64,000 nucleotides of DNA from a virus. Under the pieces are notes generated by a model. The model saw only the letters and a list, made by a program, of their open reading frames with translations, searched no databases and had not been told where the DNA came from. The position numbers and the translations under genes are program-made. Position 1 is the first letter of the stretch, and every line of letters starts with the position of its first letter. The stretch lies in the IMG/VR virus record IMGVR_UViG_3300021425_000005; one strand, written 5' to 3'. Below, one piece after another: positions 18,097-28,011 of this stretch.

Positions 18097-19067
18097 GATC
18101 TTTTTTTATCAATCAACCAATCTAAGTTCTTCAGCTTTTTTCGGTCTGAAGGATTGAGAGTTTCACCATCAGCAAGTTTGGCGAGCAACTCTCGATCTTC
18201 TTCCATCACCTTTTCGACTGCTTGCAACTGTTCAGCCGATTCTTCGGCTTTGGCTTCTTCCCATTTTTCATATAACTCTGAAGCGGTCTCTGTAGCGGTT
18301 TCATCGAGAGAGAAAAACTCGATACGCTTACCTGTAGCGGTGTTGAGCTGCATGTTTGCCGCCACCACCAGCAAAATCGCCAATGGGTCGAAAACCAATA
18401 CGAGCGCGATGATAACGGTTCTGACCGCCGCCTCCAAGTTTTCTCTGCCATCCTCGTAGATGAGATCGGCGATGTATTTGATTGGACCAACTTCGACCTC
18501 GAACGCACGGACTTCGGCTGATAGTTCCGCCCTTTGGTCGTATAGCTTATCGTTTTCCGCTTCTGCTTTTGCGATGATATTACGCATCGCCTCACGTTCT
18601 TCTTTTTGTTCTTTGCGCGCATCAAGCCCACGAGTAACGAACCCCAATGAAGTGTAACGGTCAAGCGTCTCATCGAAGGAATCAAGCGTTCTTTGGGCTC
18701 GCTCCACCTCGCGCTGATTGGACTCGATATTCTTATCCAATCGTTCGATCTTTGCTGTTGCGTCTCCACTTTCCACTCCCTGATCAATGTGTGCTTTAGA
18801 TAGGAATCCGAAAATTCCCATAGATGTGATGATTGATAGAATAGCCACTGCTGGAACAAAGTATGCTTTCATCAGCAGATTTGCGCTATTCCAGTTTTGG
18901 TAGAGCCATGAGGCTGTAACCAGTTTAGCAATTTCCAGAACAATTCCCATAGCGAGGATAGACATTGCAGCTGCTGGGAAAATCGCCATCAGACCGACGA
19001 TCGAGAAGTAACCAGCGACTGCTGATACTCCAAGAGCAGACAAAAATAATAGTGCTACATATCCCAT
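18093..19067 (-). CDS. membrane protein with coiled coil
   Basis: 3 N-terminal TM helices, TSMGIFGFLSKAH, coiled coil, EVGPIKY, VFDPLAI TM. Confidence 0.75.
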   Translation of the reverse strand: MGYVALLFLSALGVSAVAGYFSIVGLMAIFPAAAMSILAMGIVLEIAKLVTASWLYQNWNSANLLMKAYFVPAVAILSIITSMGIFGFLSKAHIDQGVESGDATAKIERLDKNIESNQREVERAQRTLDSFDETLDRYTSLGFVTRGLDARKEQKEEREAMRNIIAKAEAENDKLYDQRAELSAEVRAFEVEVGPIKYIADLIYEDGRENLEAAVRTVIIALVLVFDPLAILLVVAANMQLNTATGKRIEFFSLDETATETASELYEKWEEAKAEESAEQLQAVEKVMEEDRELLAKLADGETLNPSDRKKLKNLDWLIDKKRS

Positions 19068-19624
19068 GTTTTATACCTTTTTCCAGGAATGCCTTTACAG
19101 TTTATGTAATTAATTTCTCTCTTCATTATTCTATAAACGGATGGTTCCAATATAGGTTTTTGTAAAAGAATGTTATAAAGTCTATACTCTTCTGCCCAAT
19201 CATCATCGGAGTAATCGTTTAAATCCCATTGGCACTCATCTGTGGGCAATCCTGATTTCCCAAAATGTATGGTAAAATATTTTTTAAAATCTTCAAATTT
19301 AATAATGTGCGTTACAGCCTCGATATCAATTTTATGGAGAAAAGGTGCACCATGAAAATTCGCAGGCAATTCCATTCCAATACCCGATCTTGCTCGTTCT
19401 TTGGGGTCTCGTAAAACCAATACATTATGAACAAAATCTTTTAAATTATTTGTTTGTTTTTTTAAAATTTCTTTATTATTAAAATTTTCTATATCAGACA
19501 TTAGTTTTACATGATCAACAAAACGACCACAAATTTCTTTTATTATAGATGTAGAACCACTTCTTCCCATTACTCCAATATTGAATCTATCGGTTCTGAT
19601 TATAACCATCTTATCAGCATGCAT
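19055..19624 (-). CDS. sulfotransferase-fold protein
   Basis: GRSGSTS (5'-PSB loop) and LRDP.ER..S (3'-PB). Confidence 0.55.
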   Translation of the reverse strand: MHADKMVIIRTDRFNIGVMGRSGSTSIIKEICGRFVDHVKLMSDIENFNNKEILKKQTNNLKDFVHNVLVLRDPKERARSGIGMELPANFHGAPFLHKIDIEAVTHIIKFEDFKKYFTIHFGKSGLPTDECQWDLNDYSDDDWAEEYRLYNILLQKPILEPSVYRIMKREINYINCKGIPGKRYKTWDM

Positions 19625-19952
19625 TATTGGGATTCCATTCTAACGGCTCAAAGTCCGCAAGTGGTTCTTTGTTTAGTCGTATGTTTAACATAGAGTTGAG
19701 ACATTTTGGGTCTTTACGTTGCTGCCACTGTAAAAGAAATTCCTGCATCTTAGCATGAGATTTCTTCTCAAACTCAGCAATAGTTTCTTTCTTCAATTCA
19801 CCTTCATATTGCAGCACATACTTAGATGAGCCATAATACTTTTCATATAGTTTCTGCGACTTCCCCGAATAGCCAATATAATAAGAGCCATCGGGGAAGT
19901 AAGTGCAGTAAACTCGGTGAACCTGTTTTTCTTTAGGTTTCCGTTTAGCCAT
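19614..19952 (-). CDS. stand-alone GIY-YIG nuclease domain
   Basis: VYCTY...YYIGYS...YYGSS...E...N. Confidence 0.7.
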   Translation of the reverse strand: MAKRKPKEKQVHRVYCTYFPDGSYYIGYSGKSQKLYEKYYGSSKYVLQYEGELKKETIAEFEKKSHAKMQEFLLQWQQRKDPKCLNSMLNIRLNKEPLADFEPLEWNPNNAC

Positions 19953-19959
19953 ACATTAT

Positions 19960-20331
19960 TTATTCGGCAACAGCAAACCCCTCTTTCAATAATGTTTCGT
20001 TTAGCGAACGCCATTCTTTTTCTTTTGCGCTATCATTAGGTTTGTATTCGAAAAACAATTCAGCTTGCATCGCACTTGATTTCACCTTATCATTTCTAAA
20101 TGTTTTGATGCGGCATTTAGATTCTTCTTCTTTTATTCTTGTCTTACAAAAATTTAATGCCAGTTGACCATTACGTTTTTCTTCTTCATCTTTTGTGTTA
20201 ATATCAGGTGATATGATGCCATGTAACTTTACACGTTGATCTCTTAAAACAATACCAAATCCTAGATCAATATCGACATCGCATGTGTCACCAGAAACCC
20301 AATATGTAACTGTGGCTTTATACTCATACAT
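19960..20331 (-). CDS. thermonuclease (SNase)-like protein, catalytic residues degenerate
   Basis: MYEY...SGDT.DVDIDLGF...RVKL.GI.SP...LN..LL.EG.A. Confidence 0.65.
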   Translation of the reverse strand: MYEYKATVTYWVSGDTCDVDIDLGFGIVLRDQRVKLHGIISPDINTKDEEEKRNGQLALNFCKTRIKEEESKCRIKTFRNDKVKSSAMQAELFFEYKPNDSAKEKEWRSLNETLLKEGFAVAE

Positions 20332-20500
20332 CGTATTCCTCCCCATAATCGAGTTCGAGTTCTTCCTCGATGTCTAACTCATCACCACAGAATGGGCAAT
20401 TAGAGACAGGATAAAAGTTCTCATCCATATCATGTTCAACCCAGAACAATGCGTCACAGGATGAACATTCACATCTTTGTTTGTTATTTGGTTTAGCCAT
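20324..20500 (-). CDS. small zinc-ribbon protein
   Basis: CSSC...CPFC. Confidence 0.65.
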   Translation of the reverse strand: MAKPNNKQRCECSSCDALFWVEHDMDENFYPVSNCPFCGDELDIEEELELDYGEEYDV

Positions 20501-20511
20501 TATCGTTTCCT

Positions 20512-21498
20512 TTATGCGGCTGAACCCCATACATCGCCCCAGTCACCTGCCAATGCACCACGCGCATAGTCAGTTGCTCGGTTCTCAAAGAAGTTGGTGT
20601 GTGTAGGAGCATTAATCATTTCCTCCACCCACGGCAATGGGTTCTTTTTAACTTTGAAAATACCTTTAAGACCCAGACTGATCAGTCGACGGTCACAAAT
20701 GTATCTGATATACTTCTTAACTTCATCTGATGTTAAGTCTTGCATCTCACCCATAGCGAATGCGAGGTCAATAAACTTATCCTCGAGTTCTACCATTTTC
20801 TCAGCAATAGTATAGATCTTTCCTTTGAGATCGTCACTCCAGATCTCAAGGTTTTCCTCAACATATGTGCGGAACAGTTTAATCATAGACTCGGCGTGTT
20901 GTGTTTCGTCAACGATTGACCAAGTAACAATTTGACCCATGCCCTTCATCTTACCGTGGCGTGGGAAGTTCAGCAACATAATAAACGAGGAGAACAACTG
21001 CATACCTTCAGTGAAAGCAGAGAAGGCAGCGATATTGGTTGCTACAGTTTTCTTATCCTGTTCAGCGTTAGACATTTCCATGAAATATTCATGCTTGTCT
21101 TTCATGGCTTCGTATTCTAGGAACTCACTATATGTTGACTCAGGCATACCCAGCGTTTCAATAAGGTGTGAGTAGGCAGCAACGTGTAGTGCTTCACGAG
21201 CAGCAAAGCCAGCCAGCATCATACGAACTTCAGGCTGTGGGAAGTGCGGCAGGTAGTTGGTAACATAACCACCAGCAACATCAATGTCACCCTGCGTAAA
21301 GAAACGGAAGATGTTTGTGAGAAATGATTTCTCGTGGTCTTGGAGTTTATTTTTCCAATCCTTAACATCTTCAGCCATTGGCACTTCAGTATGCAACCAG
21401 TGTGATTGCTCATGCTTCAGCCATGCTTCGTATGCCCATGGATAATTAAAGGGTTTAAAATAATCGCGATTTTCTTGTAGATTTTGTTTTTTAGCCAT
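20512..21498 (-). CDS. nrdB: ribonucleotide reductase class Ia beta subunit
   Basis: FFTQGD, EALH..AY, TEGMQLFSSF, DETQH, NFFE. Confidence 0.95.
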   Translation of the reverse strand: MAKKQNLQENRDYFKPFNYPWAYEAWLKHEQSHWLHTEVPMAEDVKDWKNKLQDHEKSFLTNIFRFFTQGDIDVAGGYVTNYLPHFPQPEVRMMLAGFAAREALHVAAYSHLIETLGMPESTYSEFLEYEAMKDKHEYFMEMSNAEQDKKTVATNIAAFSAFTEGMQLFSSFIMLLNFPRHGKMKGMGQIVTWSIVDETQHAESMIKLFRTYVEENLEIWSDDLKGKIYTIAEKMVELEDKFIDLAFAMGEMQDLTSDEVKKYIRYICDRRLISLGLKGIFKVKKNPLPWVEEMINAPTHTNFFENRATDYARGALAGDWGDVWGSAA

Positions 21499-21703
21499 TG
21501 AAAGTTTTTTCCCATTCGGTCATTGATTGTGATAGTTCTAATAATTCCATATAACCGCCGATGTGCTTATCACCTACATAAATTTGGGGGACACGCCCAG
21601 ATGGTTGATGTTCTTCAACGTATTCAATTTCAAACCCAGTTAAGAATTCTTTTGCCTGTTGGCAATATGTGCAGTCATCTCTTGACATAATTTTAACAAC
21701 CAT
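21491..21703 (-). CDS. nrdC: glutaredoxin
   Basis: CTYC, VPQI, IGGY. Confidence 0.9.
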   Translation of the reverse strand: MVVKIMSRDDCTYCQQAKEFLTGFEIEYVEEHQPSGRVPQIYVGDKHIGGYMELLELSQSMTEWEKTFNG

Positions 21704-22299
21704 TAGTTAGTCCCCTTGTCTTGTTTTCCTATTTTATTAAAAGCCCAATCGCGTTCTTTACACCAAGGGCAATAGCCACACCTTCCCTCATCGAGCTCTG
21801 TGCAACTGTGTGTTATGTCCATAATATCTTCGGCGATACCCAAGTCGAAAGCCAATTGAACCGTTTGGTCTTTCGTTAAATTATGAAAAGGCTGAAGACA
21901 AATATCCTCTGCTCCATATTTACTGGCATGCTGCCTTTCGTGATCAGCTTCCATGCCATCATAATATTTCGTCACCGCAACGTAAACGATGTCAGCATAT
22001 CCTTTAGTCAGGATCTCAACGACACCACTCGTTACATAGGAGGATGGATTCTCAGCATCTATACTCCCAACAACATTTGTATTCTGGTCGTAACCAGACC
22101 ACTTCAATACTTTATTAGCATAATTTACTGCCCCGTCGATTTTTGGGACTGTGTAAGGGCGACAACTTTGTCCTCGCTTCTTACACTCATTATAAACTAT
22201 ATGCCAAAGAACAGCACTATCCCAACCACCCGATACACATACAGCGATGCGTTTATCGTGTGGAATACTAGCCCTCACAAGCGATACACTCTTCATCAT
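21703..22299 (-). CDS. QueC-like PP-loop ATPase
   Basis: SGGWDS PP-loop, PF..LTK, HSC-x7-CGYCPWC.ER zinc site. Confidence 0.7.
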   Translation of the reverse strand: MMKSVSLVRASIPHDKRIAVCVSGGWDSAVLWHIVYNECKKRGQSCRPYTVPKIDGAVNYANKVLKWSGYDQNTNVVGSIDAENPSSYVTSGVVEILTKGYADIVYVAVTKYYDGMEADHERQHASKYGAEDICLQPFHNLTKDQTVQLAFDLGIAEDIMDITHSCTELDEGRCGYCPWCKERDWAFNKIGKQDKGTN

Positions 22300-24067
22300 T
22301 TACTAATGCGCTCATATCAATTTCGTTAATCACTTGGCGTTCAATACGTTTGGACACCTTATCAGCTTTACCCAGCTTCTCAGAGCGGCAATAGTAAAGT
22401 GTTTTCAGTCCTTGTTTCCAAGCAAGATAATGAATAGCATGGAGATATTTAATGTTCACATCTGGGCGGAAAAACAGATTGAGTGATTGTGCTTGGTCAA
22501 CAAACGCTTGTCTGTCTGCTGCGTGTTCAATAACCCAACGCTGATCAATTTCCATTGAGGTCTTATATATACCTTTTTCAATTTCAGAAAGAAAATTTAG
22601 GTGTTGGACAGACCCATCATTGGCTATGATTGACGACCAAATTTCTTCATAATCCAACTTTTTATTTTCTTCACATTTTCCTTTAATGAGGATATCAAGA
22701 TACTTGTTCTTGTTAAGAAAAGCTCCCGATAGAGTGTCCTGTCGATAGGCATTCGCTCTAAAAGGTTCAATAGAAGGAGAAGTGTTTCCCATAATAATAG
22801 AGGAGGAAGCATTAGGAGCGATAGCCATAACATGACTAAATCTCTTGCCTGTTCCTTTAGCGTCGGGTGCTTCTCCTCTTTCTTTGCCGAGGTGAATATT
22901 CGCTTCATCTAGTTTACTCCTGATCAATCGGAACATACGCATGTTAGCACCTTTGGCTACAGCACTTTCCCAAGCGATACCCTTTTTCTGCAGGTATGCG
23001 TGGAAACCTAATGCACCAATGCCGATCGATCTTTCACGTGCCGCGCTGTATTTAGCACGACTTACTGTGTCTGGTGCATTATCAATAAAGAATTGAAGAA
23101 CATTATCCAGCATTTCTGCCATATCTTGCAAGAACATCGGATCTTTTGACCAAGCGTCATAGTGTTCTAAGTTCACTGATGACAGGCAGCAAACTGCAGT
23201 TCGTTCTTCGTTTGTAGGTAGAATAATCTCAGAACAGAGATTTGATTGGTGAATTTTTAGACCAAGTTCTTTTTGAAACTCTGGCATCAGGCGATTACTG
23301 GTGTCAATATAATGGATGTATGGCTCACCAGTTTCCATTCGTAGTTCTAGGATTTTCTGCCATAGTGCCTTCGCTGATACTGTCTCACGGATCGCGCCAC
23401 TATGAGGCTCAATTAGATTCCAACCATCATCAGCGTCTGGATCCTGCATACAACGCTCAATAATTTCCATAAAGCGATCGCTGATATTAATACCATGATG
23501 CAAATTCAGAGCGCGCATGTTCTGGTCGCCTGTTGGCTTGCGCATCTCGAGGAACATCATAATGTCTGGGTGTGAGATATCAAGATATGCAGCATATGAA
23601 CCACGGCGTGTTTTACCTTGACGATAAGCGAGGGAAGATGCATCATACGTTTTGAGGTGAGGCATAACACCTGTAGATTTGTCATCAGCAGCACGGATAC
23701 CGAAACCGATACCAACACCGCCGCCTAGCATAGACAACCAAGCTGTCTCGCTGAAGTTTTGAACCAGACCTTCAGCTGTATCCTCAATATAATTCAGGAA
23801 ACAGGAGATAGGCATACCACGCTTTGAGCGACCGTATGACAAAATCGGCGTAGAATATGAGAGCCAATGCTTTGACGAATATTCATACAATCGTTGAGCG
23901 TGTTCAGGATTAGATGCAAACGAACTGCTCACATAAGCAAAACGCTCTTGTGGAGTCGTTTCTTCTTCGCGCATATAACTTTCTTGCAGACGCTGAATAC
24001 CAAGTTTATCAAATAGTTCGTCACGAGATTCATCAATTTGAATCCCCATATATTCTCTTTTTGCCAT
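22268..24067 (-). CDS. nrdA: ribonucleotide reductase class Ia alpha subunit (no ATP cone)
   Basis: ISCF, GGGVG, SNLCSEI, AIAPNASSS, KTLYY, C-terminal CIAC. Confidence 0.95.
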   Translation of the reverse strand: MAKREYMGIQIDESRDELFDKLGIQRLQESYMREEETTPQERFAYVSSSFASNPEHAQRLYEYSSKHWLSYSTPILSYGRSKRGMPISCFLNYIEDTAEGLVQNFSETAWLSMLGGGVGIGFGIRAADDKSTGVMPHLKTYDASSLAYRQGKTRRGSYAAYLDISHPDIMMFLEMRKPTGDQNMRALNLHHGINISDRFMEIIERCMQDPDADDGWNLIEPHSGAIRETVSAKALWQKILELRMETGEPYIHYIDTSNRLMPEFQKELGLKIHQSNLCSEIILPTNEERTAVCCLSSVNLEHYDAWSKDPMFLQDMAEMLDNVLQFFIDNAPDTVSRAKYSAARERSIGIGALGFHAYLQKKGIAWESAVAKGANMRMFRLIRSKLDEANIHLGKERGEAPDAKGTGKRFSHVMAIAPNASSSIIMGNTSPSIEPFRANAYRQDTLSGAFLNKNKYLDILIKGKCEENKKLDYEEIWSSIIANDGSVQHLNFLSEIEKGIYKTSMEIDQRWVIEHAADRQAFVDQAQSLNLFFRPDVNIKYLHAIHYLAWKQGLKTLYYCRSEKLGKADKVSKRIERQVINEIDMSALVNDEECIACEG

Positions 24068-24202
24068 TTATTTCTCGTATTGTGTGGGGGTTGGTTTGCC
24101 AGCTTCTGGCTTATAGATTTTGATGCCTTCTGGTGAATATTCCCATTCTCGTTTATCGGGGTCGATCTCATTATTGAGATCTTTCTTCTCATCATCGGTC
24201 AT
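24068..24202 (-). CDS. small hypothetical protein (44 aa, not in the ORF track)
   Basis: MTDDEKK...TQYEK with GGAG SD; stop abuts the nrdA start. Confidence 0.55.
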   Translation of the reverse strand: MTDDEKKDLNNEIDPDKREWEYSPEGIKIYKPEAGKPTPTQYEK

Positions 24203-24788
24203 CTGTTTCTCCTGGAGGTTTTCTATTTAGTGAATCACTGATTTTCGAAACTACCTCAGAGTATTCTAAATCTTTGAATGTGACTTTACACATGATGCGG
24301 TCTGTAGCTGGTGTGATGCGGTGTCGAGTAGAAGTATCAAAAATACTGGCTTTGTAACTATATCTACCCCACCCATCAAACTCGACTTCGTTTTCTTCGC
24401 CCTTCAGTAAAATATTGAAGGCACATTTAGTTTCTTTCGTTGTTTGCCCTGTGCTTTGCGAGATAATGTTATCAACATGCCAAGGATATTCCTCACCTGC
24501 TCTAATGTAGAGATATAAGAATTTAACCTCTCCCAAGTCGCCATACTCGAGTCTGAAATCATCAGCAAATCTTTGCAATTCAGGTGTCAATTGTGACATT
24601 GTGAGCGTCAATCCAGGAACCTTATATTCATATCCCGTATGAGGAACCGTAAATATCGGACTGACAGCATACTCCTGTAATTCAACTGCCTCGTTCAAGA
24701 GTGCTTCTGAATCCCAGAATACGGAATCTATATCAGTCAATGGCTCCAATGGGGCAGGAGCAAATCCATCATTCCAACCAAGACCCAT
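24192..24788 (-). CDS. cupin/2OG-Fe(II) oxygenase-like protein
   Basis: PWHVD, CAFNILL, DTS..H.I...R. Confidence 0.55.
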   Translation of the reverse strand: MGLGWNDGFAPAPLEPLTDIDSVFWDSEALLNEAVELQEYAVSPIFTVPHTGYEYKVPGLTLTMSQLTPELQRFADDFRLEYGDLGEVKFLYLYIRAGEEYPWHVDNIISQSTGQTTKETKCAFNILLKGEENEVEFDGWGRYSYKASIFDTSTRHRITPATDRIMCKVTFKDLEYSEVVSKISDSLNRKPPGETDDR

Positions 24789-25441
24789 TATTCTTCTAAT
24801 GCCTTTACAATATCAGGGAAGTGGACGCCGATTATTTCCCAACACTTGTCAGCGATCTCTGCATGCTCTTTCTGTGTGCCATTACCACGACGAAGTTCGC
24901 AATAGTGAATCCAACTACGCAAAGAACCAGCCATATATAAAGTTGATTGAGTCAGACCTTCAGGAAGTAATGCTCTTGCTTGCTCTTTCGCAATACCCTT
25001 TTCGAGTGCCTCAGTGTAAGCTAGTTCAGCAGTATTTTGCACATGCTTTTGTTGCATCGACCACCACTCATTCAAGTCACGGTCATCAGTTTCCACAGAG
25101 TTCTGACGGTTCTTCGTATCTTGCAGGCGAGCCTCACGACCTTCAAATCCTGGAGCCACAGCATAACGCTGACTAAACTCTTGGAATGAAAACGAACGAT
25201 GGCGCAAAATTTGACGTGCGATATCACGAGTCGTCTTAATTTCCAAAGTCATATGCACCATTTCAAATGGTGACCAATGTTCCTCGCGAATCAGATAGCG
25301 TAATAGTTTGGGGGCTGTCTCAGTATTATTTTGATTGGCAGGGTTACTCACCCGAGCAGTATAGGCAATCAAATCTCCAGCTGTATGACAATCTGTGATT
25401 GCAGATGGTTTACTCAGTGCGACGAGGTTCACTTCGCTCAT
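24788..25441 (-). CDS. thyX: flavin-dependent thymidylate synthase
   Basis: HWSPFEM, RHRSFSFQEFSQRY, KEQAR. Confidence 0.95.
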   Translation of the reverse strand: MSEVNLVALSKPSAITDCHTAGDLIAYTARVSNPANQNNTETAPKLLRYLIREEHWSPFEMVHMTLEIKTTRDIARQILRHRSFSFQEFSQRYAVAPGFEGREARLQDTKNRQNSVETDDRDLNEWWSMQQKHVQNTAELAYTEALEKGIAKEQARALLPEGLTQSTLYMAGSLRSWIHYCELRRGNGTQKEHAEIADKCWEIIGVHFPDIVKALEE

Positions 25442-26454
25442 ATTTTTCTCCATAATGAATATTTTGCTTTAGCGGCAAGACCACGATAGGTGTTTTCTCT
25501 TATTAATTTATACGCATCGATACCATCGTTTGCCATGTCATTAATATCTTTACCTGTGACATTATTTGGCCAGATGACAACATTATAATCTAGATTAATA
25601 TATTTGTCAACCAATTGACAAACCTCTTTGTTTCGAGGCTGATTATCAAAAACGATAGTGGTAGTTTCCTTGTTCAACCCCAACTCATCAATCTTGTTGA
25701 AAGAAGTGCCAGCACAAGCGATAGAGTTGGGGATGAAGAGACTGTCAAGTGGTGCTTCAACAACGATAACTGGCATGTTCTTATCGACTGTATCCATACC
25801 GAAGACAGTAGGAGCATCTTCGTCAACCTTGACGAGGATATATCTGAGAGCCTCTCCACGCATCCCTCGAAGGGACACAGCTGTTAGCTTACCATTGCCG
25901 TCAATAAATGGTATTGCGAGACGAGGTTCTTCTGTTTTGATACTCTCTTTATATTTGTCATTGAGAGTTGTGATATTCTGGATATTATCCACATAGTAAA
26001 GTCTATTGAGTGAGGACTTGGGGAGTCCACGACCAAGAGCATATTCAACTGCTTCGTGGTCATACGGCAGAGTCGAAAGGCGATCCATCAACTCATCAAT
26101 GATAGATTTCTCAGGAAACTTCGGTTTGAAGTCTATAACAGCTTCAGGCTTAGAATGACCTTTACCGCGACCTGTCTCACCATCTGCGAATCGTTCAAGA
26201 ACATACTGTTTATATAGAATAGAGTCAATCTCTTTTAGTAGTTTACCAAACGAGCCAGACCATTGACAGTTGTGACACTTGTAGAGCAGGTCATTATTCT
26301 TCTTGAACAAATAACCACGCATCTTACGTTTATTTTTCTGGGAGTCGCCACAGATTGGGCAGCGGACATTGAACAAATAATCGCTTTTCCGCTTGAATAA
26401 CTCAAAGCGATGAGAAGCCATATTCAAATATTTTACATCAACATAAAGGCTCAT
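25438..26454 (-). CDS. 61: DNA primase gp61
   Basis: RCPICGDS...CHNC zinc finger; TOPRIM VE.PLDS, DNQPRN, KDIND. Confidence 0.93.
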   Translation of the reverse strand: MSLYVDVKYLNMASHRFELFKRKSDYLFNVRCPICGDSQKNKRKMRGYLFKKNNDLLYKCHNCQWSGSFGKLLKEIDSILYKQYVLERFADGETGRGKGHSKPEAVIDFKPKFPEKSIIDELMDRLSTLPYDHEAVEYALGRGLPKSSLNRLYYVDNIQNITTLNDKYKESIKTEEPRLAIPFIDGNGKLTAVSLRGMRGEALRYILVKVDEDAPTVFGMDTVDKNMPVIVVEAPLDSLFIPNSIACAGTSFNKIDELGLNKETTTIVFDNQPRNKEVCQLVDKYINLDYNVVIWPNNVTGKDINDMANDGIDAYKLIRENTYRGLAAKAKYSLWRKI

Positions 26455-26972
26455 AAGAAATGTAGATAACTCCCAATAATATATTTTGGATTTCCGATGG
26501 GCTTATCCCCTTTATGTGGGTGAGTCCATAGTGGCGGAAACATTAACATCTTACCTGTTTCTCTCTCAACAGTCAAGTTATTTTTTGTAAAAGTTGTTCC
26601 TCCACCCTCGCCATCGTTTAAGTATGTGAAGAAAACGAGGAATCTTTTTGATGACTCTAGATTGGTAGCGTCGATATGCTCACGAAACTCACCCTGATCA
26701 GCTTCGTATTTTTTCATACGAAATTGTTCCCAAGCATAGTTTTCAGGGAATATTTTGATGTCGTAATGCTTTCGATAAGCATCAATAGCTTGAGTGAACA
26801 CTGAACCGAGAGTTTGAATCTCCTCGTCCCACCCAGCATCATTTAGATTGACTTCGGTGAAGTCCATAATCTCGTTCTTACGGATATCTTTGAGTTGTTC
26901 CGCTTCGAACTTATCGATTAAATGTTTACAGTATTCTGAAGGGATAACATTGGGGTATTGAGCGATATACAT
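26451..26972 (-). CDS. 2OG-Fe(II) oxygenase (prolyl-hydroxylase-like)
   Basis: F.EHID, YLND..GG.T.F, FPPLWTHPH.G, KYI. Confidence 0.85.
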   Translation of the reverse strand: MYIAQYPNVIPSEYCKHLIDKFEAEQLKDIRKNEIMDFTEVNLNDAGWDEEIQTLGSVFTQAIDAYRKHYDIKIFPENYAWEQFRMKKYEADQGEFREHIDATNLESSKRFLVFFTYLNDGEGGGTTFTKNNLTVERETGKMLMFPPLWTHPHKGDKPIGNPKYIIGSYLHFL

Positions 26973-26978
26973 ATGCCC

Positions 26979-27007
26979 AGTATGCCCTATAAGTTGTAAA
27001 ATGTCAA
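26979..27007 (-). promoter_or_regulatory. sigma70-type promoter, probably yielding a leaderless transcript
   Basis: TTGACA-N17-CATACT-N6-ATG. Confidence 0.65.
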
Positions 27008-27014
27008 GAGGTTT

Positions 27015-27503
27015 TTAGGAAAAAAATTGGGCAATCCAATCAAAAGCACCAGCTACGAAGCCAAATGCTGCAGCCATACCAGCTACTAGATATTGTTTCT
27101 TTTCTAGATTATTGATTCGTTCTTCAAGTTCGGCTTGCTCGCGGCGAACTTCTTTCTCACGGGAAATCATCATATCTTTTAACTCTTCAATTGAATGCAT
27201 GATTTTTATGACATTAGCATTCATTTCTTGAGCCATCTCTTTGTTCCCTGTCGTTATTCTTGAATGAAGTTCTTTTAAGTTTTCATCATTTTCCATACGA
27301 CGTTTCTCTATTAAGTGAAAGAGATCTTCAGTATCTTCAGCGTTGGTAGCGATCTTTTGTTCGTGGACAGCGAGCATTTGGTTGATAGAGCTAGAAATAT
27401 CAGTCATACGATCGATAGTAGTGTCGAGCTTACTGAAAAGCTCTGACATCTTACCGACTTCAGTTTCTAGAACTGCGACCTTAGTTTCTAGTTTTTCTGC
27501 CAC
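27015..27503 (-). CDS. coiled-coil protein with C-terminal TM helix
   Basis: MLAVHEQ, ELHSRIT, hydrophobic C-terminus. Confidence 0.65.
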   Translation of the reverse strand: MAEKLETKVAVLETEVGKMSELFSKLDTTIDRMTDISSSINQMLAVHEQKIATNAEDTEDLFHLIEKRRMENDENLKELHSRITTGNKEMAQEMNANVIKIMHSIEELKDMMISREKEVRREQAELEERINNLEKKQYLVAGMAAAFGFVAGAFDWIAQFFS

Positions 27504-28011
27504 GCTTCTTCTTTCTTCTTACCATGGGCATGAGGCGCGGATCTCTTCCAGGTTCACCCTGATCACCAACACCAATACCAGCGACATTTCCGCCACCAGC
27601 TGCATTTGCTGGTGCTTCTTCGTCCATAAAGTTTCTAAATGATAAGAGGTTAGAACTTTCAAGAAGTTCAGCTTGACGAATTACATCTTCATCTTGCATA
27701 AAAACCTCGAGAAGTGCCTCAACATTATCTTCATCATCTTCTGTATATTCTTTTAATATAGCCATCGCAGCTGCAAAAGTCAAGAGCCTTTTTGCATTAC
27801 GATCTGGTGAGCGTGTCAGTGCTCGTTGAACCTTGAAAACAAAACGCTGAAGGAGAGAGGTGGCGTTGAGTTCTTGTTGGGAAACTGGTTCTTTAATTTT
27901 TTTGCCATCTTGATCGACGAGTCCAAGTTTGAACGCATCTGTGCGCTCAATTGGGGTTGCCAACATACGCAAGATTCTATAAGCAACAACTGTATCTATA
28001 AATCTCGACAT
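27481..28011 (-). CDS. conserved T4-like hypothetical protein (possibly prohead-associated)
   Basis: YR.LRML.TP...AF.LG.VD..G; C-terminal SFRNFMDE/EAPANAAGGG. Confidence 0.65.
   Translation of the reverse strand: MSRFIDTVVAYRILRMLATPIERTDAFKLGLVDQDGKKIKEPVSQQELNATSLLQRFVFKVQRALTRSPDRNAKRLLTFAAAMAILKEYTEDDEDNVEALLEVFMQDEDVIRQAELLESSNLLSFRNFMDEEAPANAAGGGNVAGIGVGDQGEPGRDPRLMPMVRRKKKRGRKTRN

Noticed and set aside
21703-22299. Complete 7-deazaguanine DNA modification system
   Set aside because: Only a QueC-like gene is present; there is no dpdA, folE, queD or queE in the window.
23929-24195. 88-aa ORF overlapping the nrdA start
   Set aside because: A 44-aa ORF in another frame (24068-24202) has a clear SD and abuts nrdA without overlap.
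20512-25441. Group I introns or inteins in nrdA, nrdB or thyX (also checked in genes 41 and 43)
   Set aside because: The ORFs are continuous and of normal length, with no intein or intron signatures seen.
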